Of a stretch of DNA of 64,000 nucleotides, positions 19,543 through 28,576 are shown piece by piece (within the stretch, counting starts at the first letter, position 1; each line of letters starts with the position of its first letter). The translations under genes and the position numbers were made by a program. The notes below the pieces were generated by a model, which was not told the origin of the DNA, searched no databases, and saw only the letters and a program-made list of their open reading frames with translations. The stretch spans positions 124,001 to 188,000 of the IMG/VR virus record IMGVR_UViG_3300046694_000296. One strand, written 5' to 3'.

Positions 19543-19857
19543 ATGGCACCGAATTCACCGCAGTCACTTGAGGAGATGCGCGAACAGCTGGCGCGCTTGC
19601 AGGAAGCAATCAAAGAGGCCGAGGTCCACCAGCGCGAACAGGCGATGGGTCAGATTCAGGAGTTGATGTATAAGAACAGCATCACGCTCGAAGACCTCCA
19701 GCAAGCGATGACGCCGGCAAAGAAGAAGGGCAAGCAGAAAGGCAAGGCTGCCGCGAAATACCGCGACCCCGAGACAGGGCAGGAATGGAGCGGGATGGGC
19801 AAGCCGCCCGCGTGGATCAGAGATAAGGACCGCGACCAGTTCTTGATCGCGGCTTAG
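19543..19857 (+). CDS. hns: H-NS family nucleoid-associated protein
   Basis: N-terminal coiled coil; C-terminal KYRDPETGQEWSGMGKPPAWI domain. Confidence 0.88.
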   Translation: MAPNSPQSLEEMREQLARLQEAIKEAEVHQREQAMGQIQELMYKNSITLEDLQQAMTPAKKKGKQKGKAAAKYRDPETGQEWSGMGKPPAWIRDKDRDQFLIAA

Positions 19858-19858
19858 A

Positions 19859-20137
19859 TCAGGGGTATTGCTGGCGAGTATGCACGACGTTCACCACGTC
19901 GATGCGATCTGGCAGGGCCCGGAACACCAGAATGTAGTTTCGCGTGACGACGAGCTCCTGCGTGCCCGGCAGCCGACCCTCTTTGAATCTGACGCTCGCC
20001 TGTGCGACGTAGAGCGCCGCATCGTCGATCTGTTTTCGCAGGCTGACGGCGGCGCGGTAGTCGTATATAGAGACGTGGCGAACAATTGCTTTGACATCAG
20101 CCCGCGCTGCGCGGCTCCAGTGAACGGATCGAGTCAT
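19859..20137 (-). CDS. RelE/ParE family toxin
   Basis: VHWSRAARAD...GRLPGTQELVV..NYILVF....I.VVNVVHTRQQYP. Confidence 0.85.
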   Translation of the reverse strand: MTRSVHWSRAARADVKAIVRHVSIYDYRAAVSLRKQIDDAALYVAQASVRFKEGRLPGTQELVVTRNYILVFRALPDRIDVVNVVHTRQQYP

Positions 20138-20328
20138 CGGCTGTGACGTTTCTCCGCTTCACGAAGGATCTCGTCGAGCTCATCCATTACGACCGAGTGC
20201 GGGACCGTTTCGCCGCGCTCGATCTCATCTAGTCCTTCCTGCACCTTCTTGCGGAACCACGCATCGTAGGAGTCAGCTTCTTCCTGCGTGTCATGGTCGT
20301 AGATTAGGGGGTCGAGCTTGGTGGTCAT
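20134..20328 (-). CDS. Antitoxin (PaaA2/stability-determinant-like)
   Basis: Acidic 64 aa, SYDAWFRKKVQEGL..VPHSVVM; overlaps the toxin start. Confidence 0.82.
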   Translation of the reverse strand: MTTKLDPLIYDHDTQEEADSYDAWFRKKVQEGLDEIERGETVPHSVVMDELDEILREAEKRHSR

Positions 20329-20515
20329 AAAGCCTCCGAATTCATCCCTTCATCATAGCGCGCGCGCCCTTGGCGCGTCACCGCGCATAGCGATTGACAT
20401 AATAAGCATTAACACCCGTTTTAGCGCCAGAAAGCCTGACGCGATTTGATCTTCCCCGGAAACGGCGATTAAACGCTTCACTGCTAATACGGATTAGCAG
20501 ACAAGGGTTTCGCCG

Positions 20516-20767
20516 CTAGGTGTCGCTCATGATCTTGGCAAGGCCCGGGTAATAGACGTCGCAGCGCTCGCTCCAGGCGGGCGACGCGCGCCGTGGACAG
20601 TCTGCCAGCTCACCGGCAAGGTCGGTCATGGCGAAGTCGGCACCGAGGCGCGCGACGAGCTTTGCCAGCTGATAGCGCCCGCGCCGCTCGCACCGGGTGC
20701 AGGCGAGCTCGATGTGGCTCACGCGTGCGGCGACCTCACCGAGCGGGACAGCGCCGTCTCTTTTCAT
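20516..20767 (-). CDS. Hypothetical Cys-containing protein
   Basis: CxxC...C...C pattern. Confidence 0.6.
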   Translation of the reverse strand: MKRDGAVPLGEVAARVSHIELACTRCERRGRYQLAKLVARLGADFAMTDLAGELADCPRRASPAWSERCDVYYPGLAKIMSDT

Positions 20768-20776
20768 CGCCGCACC

Positions 20777-21007
20777 TCAGTAGTTGCTGTCCAGCCAGGC
20801 TCTTGCCCAAGAGATCGCGCGGTCGTTCGCCGCGGCCTCGGTGTCGTAATAGCCAATGTCGAAGAAGTGGAAAATTTCGCCCTCGTCTTCGTCTTCCCAC
20901 GGGCCGCGCTCGACCTCAACCCACGCGTGCCAGAGGAAGTTACGACACTCGGGAAACGACCGAATCGTCCACTCGCGATGTTCCACCTTCATTGACGGCT
21001 GTTTCAA
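20777..21007 (-). CDS. Hypothetical protein
   Basis: Co-directional with neighbours; plausible composition. Confidence 0.55.
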   Translation of the reverse strand: MKQPSMKVEHREWTIRSFPECRNFLWHAWVEVERGPWEDEDEGEIFHFFDIGYYDTEAAANDRAISWARAWLDSNY

Positions 21008-21024
21008 CGTTTCCCTCCACAGGC

Positions 21025-21047
21025 TTATCCACGGGTGCTGTGGATAA
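21025..21047. promoter_or_regulatory. Pair of inverted DnaA boxes
   Basis: TTATCCACG (21025) and TGTGGATAA (21039, perfect TTATCCACA on the minus strand). Confidence 0.7.
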
Positions 21048-21112
21048 GCAAGGTGCGTGCGTGACAGACCGGTAGTTGCATTTTGCCAATCCCGCGCGAA
21101 TAAACAGGGGCA

Positions 21113-22087
21113 CTAGAACGATTTGGTCACACGCGGCACGCTTGTCAGGCTCGGCGACAGGAGCAGTCCCGATTGCGTCGCCTCGACCCTAGCGTGCGGA
21201 TAGACCTCAAGCACCTGCCCGAGAGAGCGCTTGAGCACCTCGCGGAATTTGCGATGCCGCTCGGCCTCGCTGCCGAACTGCAGGCGCAACACCTCCCACG
21301 GCACGGTCGTCGGCCGACGCAGCGCGAACATGCGATAGGTCAGCCAGCAATACAGGTCGATCGACATAGGCGACTGCCGCAGCGCGCGCAAGGCCCGCAG
21401 ATCGACCGGCACCGGATGCTGCGTGACCTCATTGAAGAACCGGGATGAGAGCGTGACCGTGCTTTGCCATAGGCCCGCTTGATCGGGCCGCTGCTTTGAC
21501 CACCACAGGTTCATCTCGTCGGCGACCGTGAACTTGCCGCTGCCGAAGTCCTGCCCTGCTCCGCTCGTGATGATCGCCATGTCGGCCGCGAAAAGACGCT
21601 TCATCATCTCGCGCAGCCGCGTGATCGAGCCGTTCTTGCCACCGGAGTGCGAGGTGACGCCGATGGAGTTCATGAACTCGGAGAGCGTGTCGCCCAGCAC
21701 GATGCGAGGCTCCTTCGTGCGAACGGCCTCCGTCGACAACCACGCCAGCAGCAGGCGCGGGATCGTCCCATAGGGATAGCCCATGCTGCGCGCCTTGGTA
21801 GGATCGTGCGGGTGTTCGGGGTCCGCTTCGTAGCCCGGCTTGATGATGAGCATAGCCTCGCCCATCCCGCGGCCCCAGAACGGTAGTGCCCGGTCGGGCT
21901 CGCGATATGGCAGCGTCGCCTGCACCAACGCCCGGCCGAGAAAGCCAGCCATGCCAGCGGCGACCGCATCTTCCTGGTCAATCGCCTGAGCCTCTTCGAG
22001 CAGGCGCGCGGTGACGTTGCCATGCGGCACACCGCCCTTGCGCTTATTCTTCTCCCGCTCGACCAGATCACCCACGACGCCCTCCAC
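21113..22087 (-). CDS. repA: Plasmid replication initiator RepA (RepA_C family)
   Basis: LVQATLPY, GYPYGTIPRLLLAWL, PVPVDL and DLYCWL motifs; flanked by iterons; true start may be GTG 22075. Confidence 0.88.
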   Translation of the reverse strand: MEGVVGDLVEREKNKRKGGVPHGNVTARLLEEAQAIDQEDAVAAGMAGFLGRALVQATLPYREPDRALPFWGRGMGEAMLIIKPGYEADPEHPHDPTKARSMGYPYGTIPRLLLAWLSTEAVRTKEPRIVLGDTLSEFMNSIGVTSHSGGKNGSITRLREMMKRLFAADMAIITSGAGQDFGSGKFTVADEMNLWWSKQRPDQAGLWQSTVTLSSRFFNEVTQHPVPVDLRALRALRQSPMSIDLYCWLTYRMFALRRPTTVPWEVLRLQFGSEAERHRKFREVLKRSLGQVLEVYPHARVEATQSGLLLSPSLTSVPRVTKSF

Positions 22088-22125
22088 GAATTCGGCGCAT
22101 TAGACCGTAAACTTTGCGCCGCGTC

Positions 22126-22289
22126 GCGCATAGATGGGGGCGCTTGTAACAATCCACAAAGTCCTGTGGATTAGGGCGGTTATCAACAAATAAATGGGGG
22201 CGCGCCAGCGAATAGATGGGGGCGCTCGAACGAATAGCTGGGGGCGGCTGGCGAATAAATGGGGGCGCGTGACGAATAAACAGGGGCGT
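22126..22289 (+). repeat. Iteron array (six 18-bp repeats, consensus RCGAATARAYGGGGGCGC) with DnaA-box-like sites; probable oriV
   Basis: Copies at 22126, 22186, 22208, 22230, 22251, 22272 (21-22 bp periodicity); DnaA-like boxes 22151-22188; AT-rich tract follows. Confidence 0.88.
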
Positions 22290-22464
22290 TTTTGCTTCCA
22301 ACCCATTGAAACGAAAAGCGAAAACATCGCCTCTAGTATTGCTTTTAGTGTTTACGTTTACTCATAGTTGCTAGTAGAGCAGCCCGCTTCTGTGGACAAC
22401 TGCGTTGCCCACCATACGCGAGCCGCCCACGAGCGACGGAGAGATATTGCCGAGTCAAAACCGA

Positions 22465-22508
22465 CCGCCCCTATTTATTCGCTACGGGGTGCGCCCCCGT
22501 TTATTCGT
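22465..22508 (-). repeat. Two inverted iterons
   Basis: Reverse-complement copies of the iteron consensus at 22465-22482 and 22491-22508. Confidence 0.8.
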
Positions 22509-22883
22509 TCAGTCCATCCCGAGGCGCTTCTTCTCACGTGCGACCGCAACGCGCAGCGCTTCGGCGATGAAGTCGTTCTTGGTCTGCCCAGTGGCAAAGC
22601 AGATCAGGTTCAAATCCTCTTTGAGCGCGGGCGGGATACGCACTGGCTGCTGCACGGGTGCCTCTTTTTTCGGGCGCATCGCGCGCAGGGCTGACAGGTC
22701 AAGCTTGGTGCCGTGCGCCCTACTCTCCTCGGCGGCCGGCGCTGGCGCCTGTGCTTCTGGCGGCGCGATCGGTCGCACATTGTCAGCGGGCGGTGCCGTG
22801 GTCACCGCAGCCACCTCGCTCTTCAGTGCGCCCAGAATGGCGCTACGGCCCTTCGGCGCGCTCATCACGTCGTCTTTGCTCAT
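22509..22883 (-). CDS. Partition partner protein (ParG/RHH-like centromere binding)
   Basis: Overlaps the parA stop; flexible N-terminus and C-terminal PVRIPPALKEDL..KNDFIAEAL ribbon-helix-helix pattern. Confidence 0.7.
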   Translation of the reverse strand: MSKDDVMSAPKGRSAILGALKSEVAAVTTAPPADNVRPIAPPEAQAPAPAAEESRAHGTKLDLSALRAMRPKKEAPVQQPVRIPPALKEDLNLICFATGQTKNDFIAEALRVAVAREKKRLGMD

Positions 22884-23551
22884 GATCCGAATGCTCCCAG
22901 ATAGGTGTCTTTCATCTCGTTCGCGGCAGCGGCATCCCACCACTCGCCGGTCAGCTCGGTGACGCCCTTGCCTTGCGCCAAGGCGAACTTGTAGCTCTCG
23001 CGCGAGGCGATCAGATGCTTCATGAGGGGTAGCCGATCCTTGAACGCCTCCATCTGCTTGAGCATGGATTTGGTCATGCGCTTGCGCTTGTCGGCCTGAT
23101 TGAGCACGACCCGCACGTCAATCTTCTTGGTGTATGTGCCGAGAAGCTCGTGGAGATCAGGCACGGTGTCGAGATCCGCCGGCGACGGGATGAGCGGCGC
23201 GATGACCTTCTCTGCCACTGCCAGCCCGTAGCGAAACCCGTCCGAGTCCTTGCCGCCGACGTCGATGAACACGTCGTCATACTCGTCGACCAGGCGGCCA
23301 AGAATGTCAGCGAACTCCTCTTCCGTCAGGCGCTTCTCTCGCGGCCAACGCTCAACGTGGACCTGGGACAACTCGGGATGCTCCGCGCGGCGCAAGGCCC
23401 ACTTTGTCGTGGTGCCCTGCCCGTCCAGATCGAATACCGCGACACGTCGGTCGAGAGATGCGCGGATAACGACCAAGTTTTGCGTAATGGTTGATTTGCC
23501 GACACCACCCTTCTCTGTTCCCACCATAAATACGTCCTTGATTACGGACAT
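22880..23551 (-). CDS. parA: ParA family partition ATPase (type Ib)
   Basis: KGGVGKST deviant Walker A, DLDGQ and IDVGG motifs. Confidence 0.92.
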   Translation of the reverse strand: MSVIKDVFMVGTEKGGVGKSTITQNLVVIRASLDRRVAVFDLDGQGTTTKWALRRAEHPELSQVHVERWPREKRLTEEEFADILGRLVDEYDDVFIDVGGKDSDGFRYGLAVAEKVIAPLIPSPADLDTVPDLHELLGTYTKKIDVRVVLNQADKRKRMTKSMLKQMEAFKDRLPLMKHLIASRESYKFALAQGKGVTELTGEWWDAAAANEMKDTYLGAFGS

Positions 23552-23650
23552 CGCAGCCTCGCTGGCTATTGTGATTGCCGCGTAGCGTAATCCAAAGAGG
23601 ACAGTTCCTCAAGTAACTTCTCAAGTGTGGGATGACGTGGCGTAGGTTGC

Positions 23651-23685
23651 TATCTTGATACCAATCTTGATACCAACATACCAAC
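23651..23685. repeat. Direct repeats TCTTGATACCAA upstream of parA; candidate centromere/autoregulatory site
   Basis: tatcttgataccaatcttgataccaacataccaac; near-identical copy at 53607-53640. Confidence 0.55.
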
Positions 23686-23781
23686 GGCGTGAGTTGCGTC
23701 GCAACGAACCTAGCGACCTAGCGAACGAGCCAGCAAGCGAGGCAGGGAGGGGCAGGAGAAGGTAGTTCGGTCGATGCCAAG

Positions 23782-23808
23782 AAAAAGCCCACGCTAGAAC
23801 GTGGGCTT
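23782..23808 (-). terminator. Terminator of the repressor gene
   Basis: AAGCCCACG-loop-CGTGGGCTT with a T-tract on the minus strand. Confidence 0.7.
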
Positions 23809-23847
23809 CAGATGGAGCGAGATTGCTTCAACGGAGTCTCCCGGGCA

Positions 23848-24303
23848 TTACACCTTGTCAGTGCGCTTGCCATATTCCTTCAACACACCGCGGATAGCTG
23901 TGTTGAACTTCGGGTCGTCAAAGTCGAGGTCGGCGGTGCCGGCTTCTTCCAATGCTAGGCGCTCGAACTCTCGTTGCGTGCGGGTGACGAAACGGTCGCC
24001 CAGGATCTCTTCGATCACCTTCCATGCATCCGGCATGTATTCGGTCATCACCATGCGCAAGAGGTTCGCCGGGTCCAGACCTAGCACGATTGCCATTGCG
24101 CGGACCTTGTTGACCGGCAGCTTCGTCTTGCCTTGCCGGAAGAGGGTGACGATGTTTCGGTTGCTGTAGCCGAGCGCCTCGCAGATTTCTGTCTGCGTCT
24201 TGCCGCTCAGGTCGATCACTTGACCGAGGTATTCGGCCACGCTCAGTTGCTTGGCAGGGTGTCGCTTTGCTTTCACTTCCGGTGCTGCTGCCTTTGCATT
24301 CAT
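23848..24303 (-). CDS. XRE-family HTH regulator, probable prophage repressor
   Basis: KTQTEICEALGY..NIVTLFRQGKTKLP HTH; divergent from the early operon with several operators between them. Confidence 0.8.
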   Translation of the reverse strand: MNAKAAAPEVKAKRHPAKQLSVAEYLGQVIDLSGKTQTEICEALGYSNRNIVTLFRQGKTKLPVNKVRAMAIVLGLDPANLLRMVMTEYMPDAWKVIEEILGDRFVTRTQREFERLALEEAGTADLDFDDPKFNTAIRGVLKEYGKRTDKV

Positions 24304-24322
24304 GGTTGCGCCCTCTCTATTG

Positions 24323-24510
24323 TTAGTAAACAGTAACTCACATATTTGGCGGGAAGATTGGTAACCGCTAACTTCCCTCGATGCATTCGATTATAGACGT
24401 AAAAATTGCATGCCAAACAGAGATCGAAGCCGAGCGTGGTGGCGATATGCGCTGGCGAAGACGTATCGCGTGCGGTTGCGCACACTACAATATAAGTCAC
24501 AGCTTACGTA
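24323..24510. promoter_or_regulatory. Divergent promoter region with three operator copies
   Basis: Operator cores at 24326, 24361 and 24496; TACAAT at 24486. Confidence 0.65.
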
Positions 24511-24550
24511 ACAGAACGAAAACGTTCAAACCAAACCGAGGAGTAGGAAC

Positions 24551-24790
24551 ATGCTGCAGAACATGACCATCGTGCCCGTCAGCCAAGATCAGGCGATCGT
24601 TATTCTGGCCGAGACGACCGAGACGGGAAGCACGCTGGACGGGGGTTCTGTGCAGACGACCGTCTGCCGACACCCGCTGATTGGCGAGTTGGTCCTCATT
24701 CAGAACGCGATCGACGCCTCCGCCGTGGTGCTCGATCGCGCGCAGGTTCCCGCGCTAAGTGATTGGTTACATCCAAGCGCTGCTCATTGA
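24551..24790 (+). CDS. Hypothetical protein (first early gene)
   Basis: Strong RBS GAGGAG/AGGA; ATG start. Confidence 0.65.
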   Translation: MLQNMTIVPVSQDQAIVILAETTETGSTLDGGSVQTTVCRHPLIGELVLIQNAIDASAVVLDRAQVPALSDWLHPSAAH

Positions 24791-24862
24791 CGCCAAGAAG
24801 CGGTCGGTAGACTTAGGTCAGTCGAATACAACCGTTGTTTTTTCTCAATAGGGGAACCGCCA

Positions 24863-27202
24863 ATGAAAGTTAACAACCGCGTCCTGGTCATGCGTGAGGC
24901 AATCACGAAGATCGTGCCGATGTTAACTCAACGCTCGGTGAAGGTAACGCAGCAAGGCACGCAAGCGTTCGTCGAGTATCACGGGACGACGCTGGAAGTT
25001 AAGCGCGTGAACCTGCCGTATATCCCCGAAGACGCCAGCGACCAGCTGCTCGACGCGACGCAGGGCTTCCTCGACCACGAGGTCGGCCACGTTCTGTTCA
25101 CGGAGCAGAAGTTCGTCAAGAAGGCCGCGAAGCTCCAGGTGCACTCGCTGCACAACATGATCGAGGACACCTTCGTCGAGCGGAAGATGGGCGAGAAATT
25201 CCCCGGTTGCGGATCGAACCTGACCCGCATGCACGGTTTCTTCCTGACCGAGTGGATCGACACGCAGCTCAAGGAGAAGCCCGAGCATGCCGCCGCGATT
25301 CTGATGGTCTGCGCGATTCGTGCATGGGCGGGCCAGCCCGCCTTCGTCGGCTACATGAAAGACAAGTGGTCGATGATGGAAGACGTCGTGAACCGGCTCG
25401 GTGCCGACTTCCCGAAGATGATCCGGGGCGTCAACAGCAGCGAAGCGGGCCTGAAGGTCGCGATCGAAGCGAAGAAGCGTCTCACGCCGAAGCCGCAACC
25501 GAAAGCACCGACGCCGCCGACGCCTCCGCAGCCGGCACCGCCCGAGCCGCCGAAAGCTGAAGAGCCGCAGCCGTCCGACGACGAGAACGCGAAGAACGGC
25601 GCGGAGCAAAGCAGCGGCGAGTCGCACGATGACGCCGACGACAAAGAGCCGCAGCAACCGAACGATATGCCCAACCTCACCGACGAGGAGCCCGAGCAGA
25701 GCGCATCCAGCGCCCCGCAGCCGGAGGGTGACGACGAGGACGAGGACGAGCTCGACGACGCTGAAGGTGAGGAAGATCGGGAGCCGGAAGGTGAGCCCGA
25801 ACAGGAGCAGCCCGCACCTGCGCCGGGCGACGAAGAGGACGACGACGCAGAGGATACCGAGAGCCCGCTGGACGTCAACGAGCCGGACGACGACCTCGAC
25901 GACGAGGACGAGGACACCAGCACCGAGCAGGACGACGAGGGTGACAACGCGGGCGGTGGCATGTCGGGCGAAGAGGCCGACAACGACCATGACGTCGGCG
26001 ACGAAGAGGGCGCACCGAGCGGTGGCGGCGACGGTCTGCCCGGTGGCGAAGAGTCGGGCGACACCGCCGAGAGCGATGCGGGCGACGCGGGCGGCCAGGA
26101 CGAGAACGGAGCGGGCCAGCAAGACGCGGGCGACGAAGAGGGGCACGGCACGCCCGAAGCAGGCGAGGGCGATCAGCCGATCGAGCGCGATCCGAACGAC
26201 GATCGCGACTTCTTCAAGGAGTTCGAAGACGCTGACGTGAAGGAGTTCGACGAGGCGGCCGCCGAAGCACTCTCGAAACAAGCGGTCGAGGCTGCGCGCG
26301 GTGCGGACTACATCGTGTTCACCCGCGACGAGGACGTCCTCGAAGTGCTGGACGTGCCCGATGCGTTCGGGCAGGAGGAAGTCACCCGAATGCAGAGCAA
26401 GGTGGACCACATGATCGGGCCGCTGCAGAAAGATTTGCAGCGCGCTATCGCGGCGCGTTCTGCAGCAATCTGGACGGGCGGGCACCGGCGCGGCCAGCTG
26501 CACGGCGCATCACTCGCCCGCGTGCTCACCGGCCGCGACGACGTGTTCAGGCAGAAGCAGGTGTCCCGCACGAAGGACGTCGCGGTGTCGCTCCTCGTCG
26601 ATGCGTCCGGCTCGATGTGGGAGCACGACAAGATTCGCGTCGCCACTTATGCCGCGTATGCGCTCTCGGCGGTGCTCGACAACATCGGCATCACCAACGA
26701 GGTGCTCGCCTTCAGCACGAAGGAGCTGAGCTTCCCGGCAATGTCGGCGATGCACAAAGAGGCAAGCGAGCACGGCCTCAAATACTCGCGGGGCGCCGCG
26801 CTCGATATGCGCATCCTGAAGTCCTACGCCGAGCGCATGACGCCGCTCGTGCGCCGACGCTTCGCGTTGCTCGCGGGTGCTAACGCAATGCTGCAAGAGA
26901 ACGTCGATGGCGAGAGCGTGCAGATCGCGAATCACCGTCTCCAGCAGCAGCGCGCGACGCGCAAGGTGATGATGGTGCTCTCGGATGGGATGCCTGCGTG
27001 CGATGGGCGTCGCAGCCCGGTCCTCGCGTCGCACCTGAAAGAGGTAGTGCGACAGATCGAAAAGCGCGGCACCGACGTCGTAGCGCTCGGCATTCTCGAC
27101 CCTTCGGTGAAACAGTTCTACGACCGCGCGCTGGTCCTCAATTCGGTGGCAGAGCTGCCCGGCGTCGTGATGAAGGAGCTGCACCGACTCCTCGTGCAGT
27201 GA
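24863..27202 (+). CDS. CobT-like VWA-domain protein with a long acidic linker
   Basis: N-terminal DHEVGH metallopeptidase-like motif; C-terminal MIDAS DASGSM...SDGMP; adjacent to a CobS-like ATPase. Confidence 0.85.
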   Translation: MKVNNRVLVMREAITKIVPMLTQRSVKVTQQGTQAFVEYHGTTLEVKRVNLPYIPEDASDQLLDATQGFLDHEVGHVLFTEQKFVKKAAKLQVHSLHNMIEDTFVERKMGEKFPGCGSNLTRMHGFFLTEWIDTQLKEKPEHAAAILMVCAIRAWAGQPAFVGYMKDKWSMMEDVVNRLGADFPKMIRGVNSSEAGLKVAIEAKKRLTPKPQPKAPTPPTPPQPAPPEPPKAEEPQPSDDENAKNGAEQSSGESHDDADDKEPQQPNDMPNLTDEEPEQSASSAPQPEGDDEDEDELDDAEGEEDREPEGEPEQEQPAPAPGDEEDDDAEDTESPLDVNEPDDDLDDEDEDTSTEQDDEGDNAGGGMSGEEADNDHDVGDEEGAPSGGGDGLPGGEESGDTAESDAGDAGGQDENGAGQQDAGDEEGHGTPEAGEGDQPIERDPNDDRDFFKEFEDADVKEFDEAAAEALSKQAVEAARGADYIVFTRDEDVLEVLDVPDAFGQEEVTRMQSKVDHMIGPLQKDLQRAIAARSAAIWTGGHRRGQLHGASLARVLTGRDDVFRQKQVSRTKDVAVSLLVDASGSMWEHDKIRVATYAAYALSAVLDNIGITNEVLAFSTKELSFPAMSAMHKEASEHGLKYSRGAALDMRILKSYAERMTPLVRRRFALLAGANAMLQENVDGESVQIANHRLQQQRATRKVMMVLSDGMPACDGRRSPVLASHLKEVVRQIEKRGTDVVALGILDPSVKQFYDRALVLNSVAELPGVVMKELHRLLVQ

Positions 27203-27242
27203 GGCGTTTACGCCACGCGGGCAAATCTGCCTGCATAGGATA

Positions 27243-27284
27243 GTAAGCGGTGACTTGACGCGTCCGTGAGTAACCGCTTACTAT
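27243..27284 (+). promoter_or_regulatory. Promoter with two operators (cobS-like operon)
   Basis: GTAAGCGGTGAC, TTGACG (-35), GTAACCGCTTAC, TACTAT. Confidence 0.7.
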
Positions 27285-27339
27285 TTCACCTGTAGCGAAT
27301 GCAAACCAATTTCAATTTTTCTCTGCATCGGAGGATTCA

Positions 27340-28551
27340 ATGAGCGATACCGGCGACAAGATCACTTGCCAGGAGTGCGGCGCGCTAACCCACGCGATTC
27401 AGCTCCACCTGCCGGATGCCCACCCGGGCATGACTCTCGCCGACTATCAGGCGAAATACCCCGAAGCACCGATCCTCTCCAAGCGCGCTCAAGCTGAACT
27501 CGAACGCCAGCGCGCAGCAAAAGCTGCCGCAGCTGCACCCGTGACCGCCGCGATGGCGGGCGGTGCTGTGCCCGCTAATGTGATCGCGCTGAACCCCGAA
27601 GGCAAGACGACCGCCACGCTGCACGACACGTTCGGCTTGCTCGACGGTCACGGTAAGCCGGTGCCCGCAGCGCTCAATTCGCGCAAGGGTCCGATCGAAA
27701 TCACCGTGTTCGCCTCGCCGCGTGACGCCGATATGGTGCCGGCGATCGACCCCGGCTTCATCTTCGATATCGAAAACCTGCGCAACGCGATCATGGCGCT
27801 CGAACTCCGCAAGAACCTCTACGTGTGGGGTCACGCCGGAACGGGCAAGACGACGCTCATCGAACAGATCATGGCGCGCACCGGGCGGCCGGTGATTCGC
27901 GTGCAGCACTCGATCGGCACCGAAGAGTCGCACGTCCTCGGTCAGTGGGTGGTGCGCGGCGGTCAGACCGAGTTTCAACCGGGCCTGCTCCCGCTCGCGA
28001 TGCGCAACGGCTGGACCTACCTCGCCGACGAATACGACTTCGGTAACCCCGCGGTCCTCGCCGTGTATCAACCGATCCTCGAACCGGGCAAGAGCCTCGT
28101 CATCAAGGACGCACCCGACGAGTGGCGTGTGGTGAAACCGCACGAGAACTTCCGCTTCGTCGCAACGGGCAACACGAACGGTTCCGGTGACGACACGGGC
28201 CTCTATCAAGGCACGCAGATTCAGAACGCCGCGAACTATGACCGTTTCGGCATGGTGCTCGAGGCGACCTACATGCAGCCGGAGCTCGAGTCGGCGATTC
28301 TGGTGCAGCGCAGCCGGATTCAGAAGAAGAACGCCGATCAGCTGGTGGACTTCGCGAACCGCGTGCGCGAAGCCTATAAGAACAAGGAGATCGCGAGCAC
28401 CATCTCGCCGCGATGCCTGATCGACGCGGCCGACATCGGTCTGCGACGCGCGAACTGGCGCTTGGGCGTGACGCTCTCCTTCATCAACAAGCTCTCTGCG
28501 GTGGACCGCGCTGTCGTTGACGGCGTTGCATCGCGAATTCTCGACAAGTAA
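27340..28551 (+). CDS. CobS-like MoxR AAA+ ATPase with an N-terminal C2H2-like finger
   Basis: GHAGTGKT, LADEYD, ATGNTNG and DRF motifs; N-terminal CQEC...H...H. Confidence 0.88.
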   Translation: MSDTGDKITCQECGALTHAIQLHLPDAHPGMTLADYQAKYPEAPILSKRAQAELERQRAAKAAAAAPVTAAMAGGAVPANVIALNPEGKTTATLHDTFGLLDGHGKPVPAALNSRKGPIEITVFASPRDADMVPAIDPGFIFDIENLRNAIMALELRKNLYVWGHAGTGKTTLIEQIMARTGRPVIRVQHSIGTEESHVLGQWVVRGGQTEFQPGLLPLAMRNGWTYLADEYDFGNPAVLAVYQPILEPGKSLVIKDAPDEWRVVKPHENFRFVATGNTNGSGDDTGLYQGTQIQNAANYDRFGMVLEATYMQPELESAILVQRSRIQKKNADQLVDFANRVREAYKNKEIASTISPRCLIDAADIGLRRANWRLGVTLSFINKLSAVDRAVVDGVASRILDK

Positions 28552-28576
28552 CCTAGTAAGTAACGGATTACCAATC

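Noticed and set aside
22126-22289. Regularly spaced repeats as a possible CRISPR array
   Set aside because: Spacers are only 3-4 bp, the repeats adjoin repA, and there are no cas genes; they are iterons.
24863-28551. Cobalamin biosynthesis (cobaltochelatase) function
   Set aside because: No cobN or other cob genes; phage CobS/CobT-like pairs are MoxR/VWA modules.
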